From: a virus
Reading direction: 5' to 3' (one strand)
Virus record (IMG/VR): IMGVR_UViG_3300012000_000002
Coordinates: 32,001 to 96,000 of that record
DNA length: 64,000 bases
Position 1 is the first letter of the stretch. Each line of letters opens with the position of its first letter. The position numbers and the translations under genes are program-made. A model generated the notes under the pieces. The model was not told the origin of the DNA. It was given only the letters and a program-made list of their open reading frames with translations, and made no database searches. Shown here piece after piece: positions 1 to 8,306 of the stretch.

Positions 1-1
1 T

Positions 2-670
2 TGTGGGATATGGATCAGTTGTTGTTGACGCATTGAAGTCTACAATAATACCAGAACCAGATGTTACAGAAAACGTGGTTGTTCCATTTGTAGTAGAAAG
101 AACACCGCCATGAAGTAGACCTGTTGACAGGTTTCCTTCTATCCAGCGTAAACGTGTTGTGTTGGTATAAGGTCCGCTGTATTGCGTAAAATAAAGGTCG
201 TTGGTACTCCCAGAAGTATAAATATATGAAGATGTTGTGTTAGTTGGAATACGAAGCGAACCAACTGGTTTTAGCTGGAGATAGTCGTTTGTTCCGATCC
301 CACCAGAAACAAAGATATCGCCGTTTACAAGCACAGATGATTCTTCTGTTCCTAAATCTGAACGTGAACCAGAAAAAATAATAGAACCACTTGTTGTTAT
401 ACCAACAGAACTACTAATAATAAGTGGTCCAACTTCGTTAACTATAGTACCGGGACTCCCAGTTAAACGTAAATTTGAAGCTGTAAGATCAGCAAATATA
501 CCAGAACTACCACTTATTGTTTCTTGCACGGACCATTCATTAGACCCTGTGTTGAAATAAACTAAGTTGCCTGTGTTTAAATCATAACCAGAAACACTTG
601 CGGTTGTTGGTAAAACTAACTGTTTGTTATCCGATAACGTGCTTAAGATCGCTTTACGTTCTATTGCCAT
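2..670 (-). CDS. Ser/Thr/Gly-rich virion/tail-fibre-associated protein (runs off the left edge)
   Basis: Hand translation from ATG at 670: MAIERKAILSTLSDNKQLVLPTTASVSGYDLNTGNLVYFNTGSNEW..., open to the window edge. TGS/SGS-rich like the neighbouring fibre. TATATA 6 nt upstream. Absent from the ORF track. Confidence 0.7.
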   Translation of the reverse strand, partial: MAIERKAILSTLSDNKQLVLPTTASVSGYDLNTGNLVYFNTGSNEWSVQETISGSSGIFADLTASNLRLTGSPGTIVNEVGPLIISSSVGITTSGSIIFSGSRSDLGTEESSVLVNGDIFVSGGIGTNDYLQLKPVGSLRIPTNTTSSYIYTSGSTNDLYFTQYSGPYTNTTRLRWIEGNLSTGLLHGGVLSTTNGTTTFSVTSGSGIIVDFNASTTTDPYPT

Positions 671-694
671 AACGGATATATATCGCTAAAAAAA

Positions 695-730
695 GTTTGC
701 CGCAATCCTTGTTAAAGAACTGCGGCAAAC
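695..730 (-). terminator. Intrinsic terminator after the tail fibre gene
   Basis: 10-bp inverted repeat GTTTGCCGCA/TGCGGCAAAC followed by a T7 run on the minus strand. Confidence 0.75.
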
Positions 731-757
731 AAAGTTAATAGTTGTTACTAGCTAGAG

Positions 758-3700
758 TTAGTAAATAACTTGACCAGAGCTAGATAGAACCATTTTATGA
801 GTTAGTTTGGCCATCCAATATACGGACCCTGCTCCGCTGAGAGAGCCGGTAACTTCAACGTTGGAACCGTTAACGTTAACATCCCAGCTTGCTCCATCTG
901 TTCCAACCAATATATTATCAAGTGCCGTTACACCAGCAACGCTAATAACGTTCGATGAAGCTGTCATTGTTACAACCATTTTCCATGAACCAAAATTTAC
1001 TGCTGCATCATCTGTTGCCACAACATTCATGTCAAACAATCCAATCCCATTAGAAGGCATATTATCTACAAGCAAAGAACCGCTTAAAAGTGTATTTGGT
1101 GCTGCTTGTGAAGTTGTTGCATGATTCCATAATGGTACAATGTTAAAGCTATTTATGTTGAATACGTCTGTGATTGCAGCAACAGAGCCCGTAACGTTAA
1201 ATGACCCTGTAACTTCTACTGATCCAGAGTTAACTCTTAATACATCACGACGATTAGATGCGTTTAGCCCATCTCCAATAACAAACAATGAATCTGTATT
1301 GTTTGCTAGATTATACTTTCCAAAAGATGCTTGTGTTGTTGTTGGTGGATTGTCAGTGGGGCCAGAGCCGGAAGCGATTGTATACAAACCCGCAGCCAAA
1401 GAGCCTGCGCCATATGCTTCTGAACCCCAACCTTGGGCATGAGAATAATTACCTCTAGATTTTGTACTGTAACCTTCAGCATGAGAAGCAGGACCAGAAG
1501 CTATTGTATAAGCACCTTCAGAATGAGAACTATCACCAGAAGCTGTTGTGTAAGCACCTTCGGAGTGAGCATTCCCAGCAGAAATGCTGCCCGCTGATGT
1601 TGAATAACCCTCTGCGTGACAATTATATCCAGAAGCTATTGTGGAAACACCTTCGGCGTGAGAAGCGTAACCCGATGCGGTTGTTAAATACCCCTCGGCG
1701 TGAGATTGATCGCCACTTGCCGTTGTTGCCTGACCTTCTGCGTGAGATTGTGGACCGCTTGCTGCTGTTTGATATCCTTCAGAGTGAGAATATATACCAG
1801 AAGCTGTTGTACCATTTCCTTCTGCGTGAGATGACACACCACTAGCGACAGAACTATTTCCTTCGGCATGGGAATAATTTCCTTGAGCGGCTGTAGAATA
1901 ACCTTGAGAATATGCATACAATCCAGTTGCTGTAACAGAAGGTGCGCCATGTCTGACTGAAGTAAGAATAACTGCTGGAATTGAGCTGGACAGTATAAAA
2001 GAACCTGTTATTTCAGCTCCTGTTGAAGCTGACAAGTATGTCATAGCAACAGAACCAGTTGTTGCAATAGAGTTTAAAGCTATTTCGGTAAAGTAGTTAG
2101 TTCCACCACCTGAGCCCGTAATTTCCCATTGACCAAGAGAATTATAATTTGTTGTTATACCAGTACCAGCAACTATAAAAGGGTTACCTGCAACAGTTCC
2201 ACTCAATGAACCAGTTATTCCACCAAGCACTTCAAGAGAACCTGTTACTTGAACAGAACCACTATTAACTCTTAATACGTCATGACGGTTACTATTGTCT
2301 ATTCCGTCTCCAATAACAAACAAAGAATCTGTGTTGTTACTAATGTTAAATTTACCAAGAGCTGCTTGAGTTGTTGTTGGAACTGCTCCATCAGTCGAGC
2401 CAGAGGCTCTGGTCCCTAAACCAGCAGCAAAAGAACCTGTTCCACTTGCTCTAGTGTTATAACCAACTGCGTGTGCATATTCACCATCTGTAGCTGAATA
2501 TAAACCTTCGGCATGAGAATATGGACCAGATGCATTTGTTCCAAAGCCTTCCGCATGTGCTCCTACAGCAGTAGCAGCAGCAAGAAAACCCTCTGCATGA
2601 GAATAAAAACCAGAAGCTGTGGTTAAATTTCCTTCGGCGTGCGATGCTAACCCAACAGCACTCACCGACCCACCATTAGCTAAAGAGCCCGTAATTTCAA
2701 CGATTCCAGTATTAACTCTTAATATGTCATGACGATTAAGTGCGTCTGCACCATCCCCAACAACAAACAAAGAAACGTTATTACTCAATGTGTTGAATGT
2801 GCCAATAGCAGTTTGATAGTTTGCAAAGGCTTCAGTGTTTAAACCACTAGCATGAGAATAGTCTCCAGCAGCCACAGATCCAGAACCTTCTGCATGAGAA
2901 TATTGTCCACTAGCTAGAGTTTCTCTGCCCTCTGCATGAGCACCATCATCAATAGCTTGTGTTGCGTTACCTTCAGCGTGAGAATATAAGGCCGAAGCAG
3001 TTGTACTTACACCTTCAGCATGGGAAGCTTGCCCTGATGCAGTTGTACTTTGTCCCTCTGCATGAGCATATTGTCCAGAAGCTGTTGTTCCAGAACCTTC
3101 GGCATGAGATTCAATTCCAGAAGCAATCCCTCCGCTTCCTTGGATAAAGCTACCTGTTATTGTTCCTCCATTTGAGGAAGATAAAAACGAACTATGTAGA
3201 TTGCCAGATAGATAAAGTGAACCAGAAGCTTCAATTATATTAAGTGTGTTGGAGAAAAAGAAATCATTTCCTCCACCACCGGAACCAGTTATTTCCCATT
3301 GACCTAATGAATTATAATTTGCTGTTATGTTTGGTCCTGCAACAACAAAAGGATTACTAGCTAAAGTACCACTTAATGAACCAGTGATACCACCATTAAC
3401 AATTAAAGAACCTGTTATTTCTGCTCCTGTAGAAGCAGAAAGATATGTTGCTTCAAAAGAACCTGTGGTATTAACAACATTACTACTAGGAGATGTAAAA
3501 AAGTTAGTTGCTGACCCTGAGATTTCCCATTGACCTAATGAGTTATAATTTGCGGTTATGTTTGGCCCACTAACAAGAAAAGGATTGTTAGAAGCATCGA
3601 TATATCGAAGAGAGCCGGTTAAACCGGCAAAAGAGCGAATAGAACCAGAAGCAACAACGTTTCCACCAAAAAGAGATATAGCAGTTGTAGAGCCAGAAAC

Positions 3701-3856
3701 AAAAAGAAAAACATCTGTGCCGATCCCAGTTGTGGAAAAGTTTATGCCACCTTGAAGGTTTGTTGCGCTACTTGATGGATAAACGTAAATTGGAACGGAA
3801 CCAGAAGAGATAATTCTGTTTAATCTTATTTGGTTTGCTCTAAAATCATATGCCAT
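758..3856 (-). CDS. Tail fibre/adhesin with YadA/Hep_Hag-like beta-roll repeats
   Basis: About 25 ~14-aa ASGxxSHAEGxxT repeats in three blocks, each closed by an SLFVxGDG..R.DVLRVNSG neck-like motif. NPFxVxGxxITxNYNSLGQWEIxGS occurs three times. Confidence 0.8.
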   Translation of the reverse strand: MAYDFRANQIRLNRIISSGSVPIYVYPSSSATNLQGGINFSTTGIGTDVFLFVSGSTTAISLFGGNVVASGSIRSFAGLTGSLRYIDASNNPFLVSGPNITANYNSLGQWEISGSATNFFTSPSSNVVNTTGSFEATYLSASTGAEITGSLIVNGGITGSLSGTLASNPFVVAGPNITANYNSLGQWEITGSGGGGNDFFFSNTLNIIEASGSLYLSGNLHSSFLSSSNGGTITGSFIQGSGGIASGIESHAEGSGTTASGQYAHAEGQSTTASGQASHAEGVSTTASALYSHAEGNATQAIDDGAHAEGRETLASGQYSHAEGSGSVAAGDYSHASGLNTEAFANYQTAIGTFNTLSNNVSLFVVGDGADALNRHDILRVNTGIVEITGSLANGGSVSAVGLASHAEGNLTTASGFYSHAEGFLAAATAVGAHAEGFGTNASGPYSHAEGLYSATDGEYAHAVGYNTRASGTGSFAAGLGTRASGSTDGAVPTTTQAALGKFNISNNTDSLFVIGDGIDNSNRHDVLRVNSGSVQVTGSLEVLGGITGSLSGTVAGNPFIVAGTGITTNYNSLGQWEITGSGGGTNYFTEIALNSIATTGSVAMTYLSASTGAEITGSFILSSSIPAVILTSVRHGAPSVTATGLYAYSQGYSTAAQGNYSHAEGNSSVASGVSSHAEGNGTTASGIYSHSEGYQTAASGPQSHAEGQATTASGDQSHAEGYLTTASGYASHAEGVSTIASGYNCHAEGYSTSAGSISAGNAHSEGAYTTASGDSSHSEGAYTIASGPASHAEGYSTKSRGNYSHAQGWGSEAYGAGSLAAGLYTIASGSGPTDNPPTTTQASFGKYNLANNTDSLFVIGDGLNASNRRDVLRVNSGSVEVTGSFNVTGSVAAITDVFNINSFNIVPLWNHATTSQAAPNTLLSGSLLVDNMPSNGIGLFDMNVVATDDAAVNFGSWKMVVTMTASSNVISVAGVTALDNILVGTDGASWDVNVNGSNVEVTGSLSGAGSVYWMAKLTHKMVLSSSGQVIY

Positions 3857-3875
3857 TGTATCATTGCTCCGATTC

Positions 3876-4589
3876 TTAAGGCTTCACTGCAAAATAGTGT
3901 ATAGAGTTATATACTGGTGCAGAGTAAGTTACTTCTGTTGTTGTTAACCCAAATGATCCAGTATCTACAATAGCGACGTTAGCATCTCCGTTGTTGTTAT
4001 CATCAATCGGTGTGAAGAAAACATATGATGGATTTGTTGCTGGTGCTAGTTGTGAATATGTTGCTGTAAATTCAGTGTTGGAACTAGCTGGTATAATACC
4101 AGCAGAAGCTGTGTAGTAGAAAGAGTTACTAACAACAACACGTTCAATAACAACAGGAAATGTTGGAGATACAATAGCTCTATAAACTAACTGCCCACTA
4201 AAAGGGGCAGATAAGTTTGCAACAAATCCTGTTGTTGACAAATTGTTTGCAAAAAATGATATGTTTTCATAACCAGCAGCAGGAAGAACTTCTAGTGTCA
4301 AGTAAGGAATACTTGAAAATCCTCCTGTTAAGTTGAACGTTGCTGATTCTGTATCTGTCCAAAGAAAATCGATTACGTCTTCATCATACTGAGCAACAAT
4401 TGGTGGCGGCGGGGGAGGTATACCTTGGCTAACCGCTTGTTGAAGTTGATAATACGGACTATCAACCGTGACAAGCGTTTCATCAAAGTATTCAACTTTT
4501 CCATCAACAATTGTTGCAACAACCTTTGAAGGTTGCGAACGATTGAGCGAATAAGTTTTCTTTTTCCTATTTGGATTAAAACCAGCCAT
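3876..4589 (-). CDS. Hypothetical virion-associated protein
   Basis: 237-aa ORF in the operon with the fibre; TATTTA motif upstream. Confidence 0.6.
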   Translation of the reverse strand: MAGFNPNRKKKTYSLNRSQPSKVVATIVDGKVEYFDETLVTVDSPYYQLQQAVSQGIPPPPPPIVAQYDEDVIDFLWTDTESATFNLTGGFSSIPYLTLEVLPAAGYENISFFANNLSTTGFVANLSAPFSGQLVYRAIVSPTFPVVIERVVVSNSFYYTASAGIIPASSNTEFTATYSQLAPATNPSYVFFTPIDDNNNGDANVAIVDTGSFGLTTTEVTYSAPVYNSIHYFAVKP

Positions 4590-4632
4590 ATTCTATACTA
4601 GAACTTAAATAGATATGGCTGTCAATATTCAA

Positions 4633-4971
4633 TCACAAACTAGGAAACACATAGCGTTGCAACAACGGAATCAAGTGTGGTCTTTTCGTAGTACAAGTTG
4701 AAAGAATTCTTTTTTGCTTTTCTTCTTTTGGAAGCTTGTTCCAACTGTCAACATAATTGTTTTGCACAATGAAATTAAACAGCTTGTTGTAGTAGTCCCA
4801 AGCTCTTTGCTCATCCGACATATGTTGAACAGGCTCGGAATTTCCAGAATTCATTTCATTAGCAATTGCTTCTACAGCCATACTACCAAAAAATAGCTTG
4901 CCGAAATCTGTCATCTTATAAGAACTAAACGCAAGTGAAAAAGGATTTGGGATTTCTGGGATTTTTAGCAT
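4633..4971 (-). CDS. Hypothetical protein
   Basis: 112-aa ORF with GAGG SD and an upstream TGcTATAAT extended -10. Confidence 0.65.
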   Translation of the reverse strand: MLKIPEIPNPFSLAFSSYKMTDFGKLFFGSMAVEAIANEMNSGNSEPVQHMSDEQRAWDYYNKLFNFIVQNNYVDSWNKLPKEEKQKRILSTCTTKRPHLIPLLQRYVFPSL

Positions 4972-4987
4972 GTTTTACCTCTAAACG

Positions 4988-5033
4988 ATTATAGCACGCA
5001 GTTATGAAAAAATAAAAGCTAGCTTTTATTTTT
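4988..5033 (-). promoter_or_regulatory. Sigma70-type extended -10 promoter with a perfect 26-bp palindrome over its -35 region
   Basis: TGcTATAAT (-10 at 4988-4993). AAAAATAAAAGCT|AGCTTTTATTTTT at 5008-5033 has no loop. Confidence 0.5.
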
Positions 5034-5050
5034 GATTAAATAGGCAGGTA

Positions 5051-6004
5051 TTACAAAGGTAACAAACGCCACCCTCTTGTGCTTGGTGTCTGACCCTTCA
5101 GAAGTTTCCACAAACATTTCATATTCAATCCATGCTCGTTTGCAAAACCAGTCAAACACTCAATCCTTGTGTAAATCGTTCCGTCAGGAGATAACAACTG
5201 GAATCCTTCGTAAACTTTTGCTGAAGTGCTATTCTTTCCCGCATTCTTCCCTTTGCGACTTACAGATATTTTAGCTTTGACTTCATCAGAAAGTGTTTTG
5301 CCCATATTAGCTTTTCTTATTTTTTCTTTCTTTTCTTCAGAACAAGGAACAGAAGTATATCCGTAAACTCCCTTATTCCAAGGAATGCGATCCTTTAAAG
5401 ATTCTCTCATCTTATTGATAGACTCTTCACTCATATGCTTGCCGTAGTTAGGATGATTCACCCCAGACATCTCGGGCATCTTCATGCCCTTATTCCAGCC
5501 AGCAATCTTCTCAATAGTAGGTCGCAACTTCTCAACATATACTGGATCTTGCCATTTTATTTTTGACTCTTCAGATCGTTGTTTGCGTAACTCTGGATTA
5601 TTTTCAAACCGACGCTTATGAGACTCAGACATTCTTCTTCTTGTCTCTTCTGGATTTTTAAAATCGTGACCTTCTGATGAAGTTGCATTCACTCTAAGAT
5701 TATAACATTTTTCTCCAAAGTCATAATATTCTTTAAGATAGTTTTCCTCTATCAAAAGACGCTCTTCTTTAGTCTTTCCTTCTGTAATTTCCAATACCTC
5801 AAACACAAAAGCCTCTTCTCCACACTTGTTAAAATCAGCTTGAAGAAACTTATTTTGGTGCCTTTGATTGCGAAGAGAAGATGTATGTTGTTTCCATCGA
5901 CGTTTAAACTCTTTGGCAGAACCAACATAGATTCTACCATTTAGTTTATTTGTGATCTTATAAATCCCAGATTTAAGTGAATGGCCTTCGTATTTGTATT
6001 CCAT
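5051..6004 (-). CDS. Free-standing GIY-YIG homing endonuclease with NUMOD3-like repeats
   Basis: SGIYKITNKLNGRIYVGSA..RW..H; C-terminal WNKG / SEE.K.K repeats. Confidence 0.9.
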   Translation of the reverse strand: MEYKYEGHSLKSGIYKITNKLNGRIYVGSAKEFKRRWKQHTSSLRNQRHQNKFLQADFNKCGEEAFVFEVLEITEGKTKEERLLIEENYLKEYYDFGEKCYNLRVNATSSEGHDFKNPEETRRRMSESHKRRFENNPELRKQRSEESKIKWQDPVYVEKLRPTIEKIAGWNKGMKMPEMSGVNHPNYGKHMSEESINKMRESLKDRIPWNKGVYGYTSVPCSEEKKEKIRKANMGKTLSDEVKAKISVSRKGKNAGKNSTSAKVYEGFQLLSPDGTIYTRIECLTGFANEHGLNMKCLWKLLKGQTPSTRGWRLLPL

Positions 6005-6013
6005 GAAACGCTA

Positions 6014-6042
6014 CCCTCTCTAATAGTATATAGTAGAGAGGG
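6014..6042 (-). promoter_or_regulatory. SD-sequestering hairpin with a late-promoter motif in the loop
   Basis: CCCTCTCTA (6014-6022)/TAGAGAGGG (6034-6042); TATATA at 6027-6032 in the loop; the SD-like GAGAGGG is in the 3' arm. Confidence 0.7.
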
Positions 6043-6051
6043 GGCATTTAG

Positions 6052-7443
6052 CTAGAGAATCTCAGCAGAAATTGTAGCCAATTGTGACCTTTCACCTTTA
6101 AGGAAGGTAACGTGACCAGAAATCTTTTGTGATTTAAATCTTTCAATTGCGATTGAAAGACCGTTACTTACTGAGTCAACATAAGTGCTATCAATTTGCT
6201 CAAGATCGCCTGTTAGAACAATCTTGGTATTCTCTCCCACACGAGTAAGAATTGTTTTAATCTCGTGTAGGTTGGTGTTTTGAGCTTCATCAACAATGAT
6301 ATAAGCATTAGCAATTGAACGACCACGAATAAACGTCATGGCTTGAACTTCGATAATACCTTCATCGAAATAACTTTGAAGCACTTGTTCGTCAAACTTT
6401 GGCTGTTCCGATATAATCTTCTTTTTTCTTGTGCCTACGTTTGATTCTTTGGGGGGTTCTGAGGCTCCTAAAAGAAAGCGTAGGTTGTCCTTGATCGGAG
6501 CAAGCCAAGGCTCTAGTTTTTCGTTTAAATCGCCGGGAAGGAATCCGATATCTTTTCCTACGGGCATAACTGGACGACAAATAACAAGCGAACGATATTT
6601 GCGTTGGTTCAATACTTGTTCAAGTCCAGCATCGATAGCAAGAAGAGTTTTGCCGCAACCAGATTTACCTGCAAGAGTTACAAGCTTAACTGTATCATCG
6701 AACAAAAGATCACGGGCGAATTCTTGTTCTTTGTTGCGAGGTGAAATCTTGCTTGAGATTTTTCCAAGAGGAAGAACTGGTTCTCCTTTTGTAATAAAAC
6801 GTGCCATTGCAGATTGTTGACCGTTTTTCATGACAACAAACTGATTTGGAAACAATTCGTCTTCAACGTCGCTTGGCAAAAAGAATTGTTCTTCGTTTGA
6901 ATAAAACTGCTTAACGATTACGTCATCACGTTCAATTGTTTTTACTCCAGAGTAAAGACTGTTAACAGATGTTGCAACGTTAAACTTACGATAATCTTCG
7001 CAAGAAATACCAAGTGCTTGAGCTTTTAGACGAAGAATGGTATCTCTTGTAACAAGAACAACTTGTACGTCTGTATGTTTCTCAATGTAGTTTACACAAA
7101 ACTGTGCAATGGTGTTATCACCGCTTTTTTTAGCTTCCATTTCCATTGGAAGTTTATGAGGCACATGTTCTGGAAAGATATCTTCAATTGAAAGAATTCT
7201 TAAAGTTCCTAAATTCTTTCCAAGCGGAATACCTGTTTTGAAATCTTTGTTGATTTTGGTAAGGTCTGCAAGCTTACGAACAACCTCACGGGCATTTCTA
7301 CCAACTTCATCTTGACGATCTTTATGTCTATCGAGTTCTTCTAAAACGATTAAGGGAAGAACAAGATCGTGTTCTTCAAAACCAAACAAACTGTTGCTAT
7401 CTGAAAGTAAAACGTTTGTATCGAGAATATATGTTTTTTTCAT
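6052..7443 (-). CDS. phoH: PhoH-family protein with N-terminal PIN domain (PIN-PhoH)
   Basis: YILDTNVLL PIN motif; Walker A GKSGCGKT; RP; FIRGRS; Walker B IIVDEAQN; GD..Q.D. Confidence 0.92.
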   Translation of the reverse strand: MKKTYILDTNVLLSDSNSLFGFEEHDLVLPLIVLEELDRHKDRQDEVGRNAREVVRKLADLTKINKDFKTGIPLGKNLGTLRILSIEDIFPEHVPHKLPMEMEAKKSGDNTIAQFCVNYIEKHTDVQVVLVTRDTILRLKAQALGISCEDYRKFNVATSVNSLYSGVKTIERDDVIVKQFYSNEEQFFLPSDVEDELFPNQFVVMKNGQQSAMARFITKGEPVLPLGKISSKISPRNKEQEFARDLLFDDTVKLVTLAGKSGCGKTLLAIDAGLEQVLNQRKYRSLVICRPVMPVGKDIGFLPGDLNEKLEPWLAPIKDNLRFLLGASEPPKESNVGTRKKKIISEQPKFDEQVLQSYFDEGIIEVQAMTFIRGRSIANAYIIVDEAQNTNLHEIKTILTRVGENTKIVLTGDLEQIDSTYVDSVSNGLSIAIERFKSQKISGHVTFLKGERSQLATISAEIL

Positions 7444-7471
7444 ACGTAATCCTAAGTAGGTTAAAAATAAA

Positions 7472-7499
7472 AAAGGGTAGCTGAAAGCAGCTACCCTTT
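7472..7499 (-). terminator. Intrinsic terminator
   Basis: 12-bp stem AAAGGGTAGCTG/CAGCTACCCTTT, 4-nt loop, T-run on the minus strand. Confidence 0.8.
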
Positions 7500-7528
7500 A
7501 CATTATCACTCAATCTGAAAGATATTGT

Positions 7529-7753
7529 TCACTCGGCTTTTGCTGCCTTTTCGCTCTTGCGAGCTTCATCTCCTGCTAGTGTTGCCTTGATAAGTTCTGC
7601 ACCAAGAGCACGAAGCTTGCGAACGCTCTTACGAACACGAACGCCTGCTGATAGATTGCCCTTAGCTGCATTCTTGTGAACGTCTTCTTCAAGTTGCTCT
7701 ACAAGAAGTTTAAACTCTGCCCATACATCTAATGTTAAACGTGATTCACTCAT
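7529..7753 (-). CDS. Histone H1-like Hc1-family small basic protein
   Basis: KNAAKGNLSAGVRVRKSVRKLR resembles the KGNKAAGTRARK core of bacterial Hc1-like proteins; AGGAG SD; TATATA upstream. Confidence 0.65.
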   Translation of the reverse strand: MSESRLTLDVWAEFKLLVEQLEEDVHKNAAKGNLSAGVRVRKSVRKLRALGAELIKATLAGDEARKSEKAAKAE

Positions 7754-7812
7754 ATGATTCTCCTTAAGTTTTCATATATAGCGTGTATGTTAAAAAAACG
7801 TTTGTATAGTGC

Positions 7813-8259
7813 TTAACTGCGTTTAGCTAGCTGAAAAAGCAGATTTCCAACAAAAGCAACAACGGACAAAGCCAATGCCCAATAAATGTTTGCTATACGC
7901 TTACGCAGATTTACGAGAGCCGCCAGTTCTTCTAGTTGTTTCCCGGCGATGCTCTCTATCGCCGTTTGAAATTTTTTTAGGTCTTCTACCTCTTCCTTGA
8001 CAGAAGGCAACTCGTCGCACTTCTTGTCTAAATCCTTGATGTTTGTATCAAGTTTGCTTTCAATGACTTTAACACGAGAAAAAAGACCGTTGTTAGGATC
8101 GTATAAAGCTTCAGAAACTTTATCGAGTTTGTGTCCGCTTTTTTCTTGTTCTGTTTGAACGTGTTCGATCATAACACACAATTTTTCAAAACCAGCAGAG
8201 CTGTCACTTGCTTTTTTAAGCAGCAACTCTAACAGTTCTCTCTCACTGCTCGTAGCCAT
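7813..8259 (-). CDS. Coiled-coil protein with C-terminal transmembrane helix
   Basis: Heptad pattern followed by IYWALALSVVAFVGNLLF. Confidence 0.6.
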   Translation of the reverse strand: MATSSERELLELLLKKASDSSAGFEKLCVMIEHVQTEQEKSGHKLDKVSEALYDPNNGLFSRVKVIESKLDTNIKDLDKKCDELPSVKEEVEDLKKFQTAIESIAGKQLEELAALVNLRKRIANIYWALALSVVAFVGNLLFQLAKRS

Positions 8260-8306
8260 TGTTGCACCTCTTCTCTATAAATAGTTCTTAAACAAAGGTA
8301 TTTTTA

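Noticed and set aside
5051-7443. Group I intron or intein hosting the GIY-YIG in phoH
   Set aside because: phoH is complete with its own stop, and the endonuclease has a separate SD; it is free-standing
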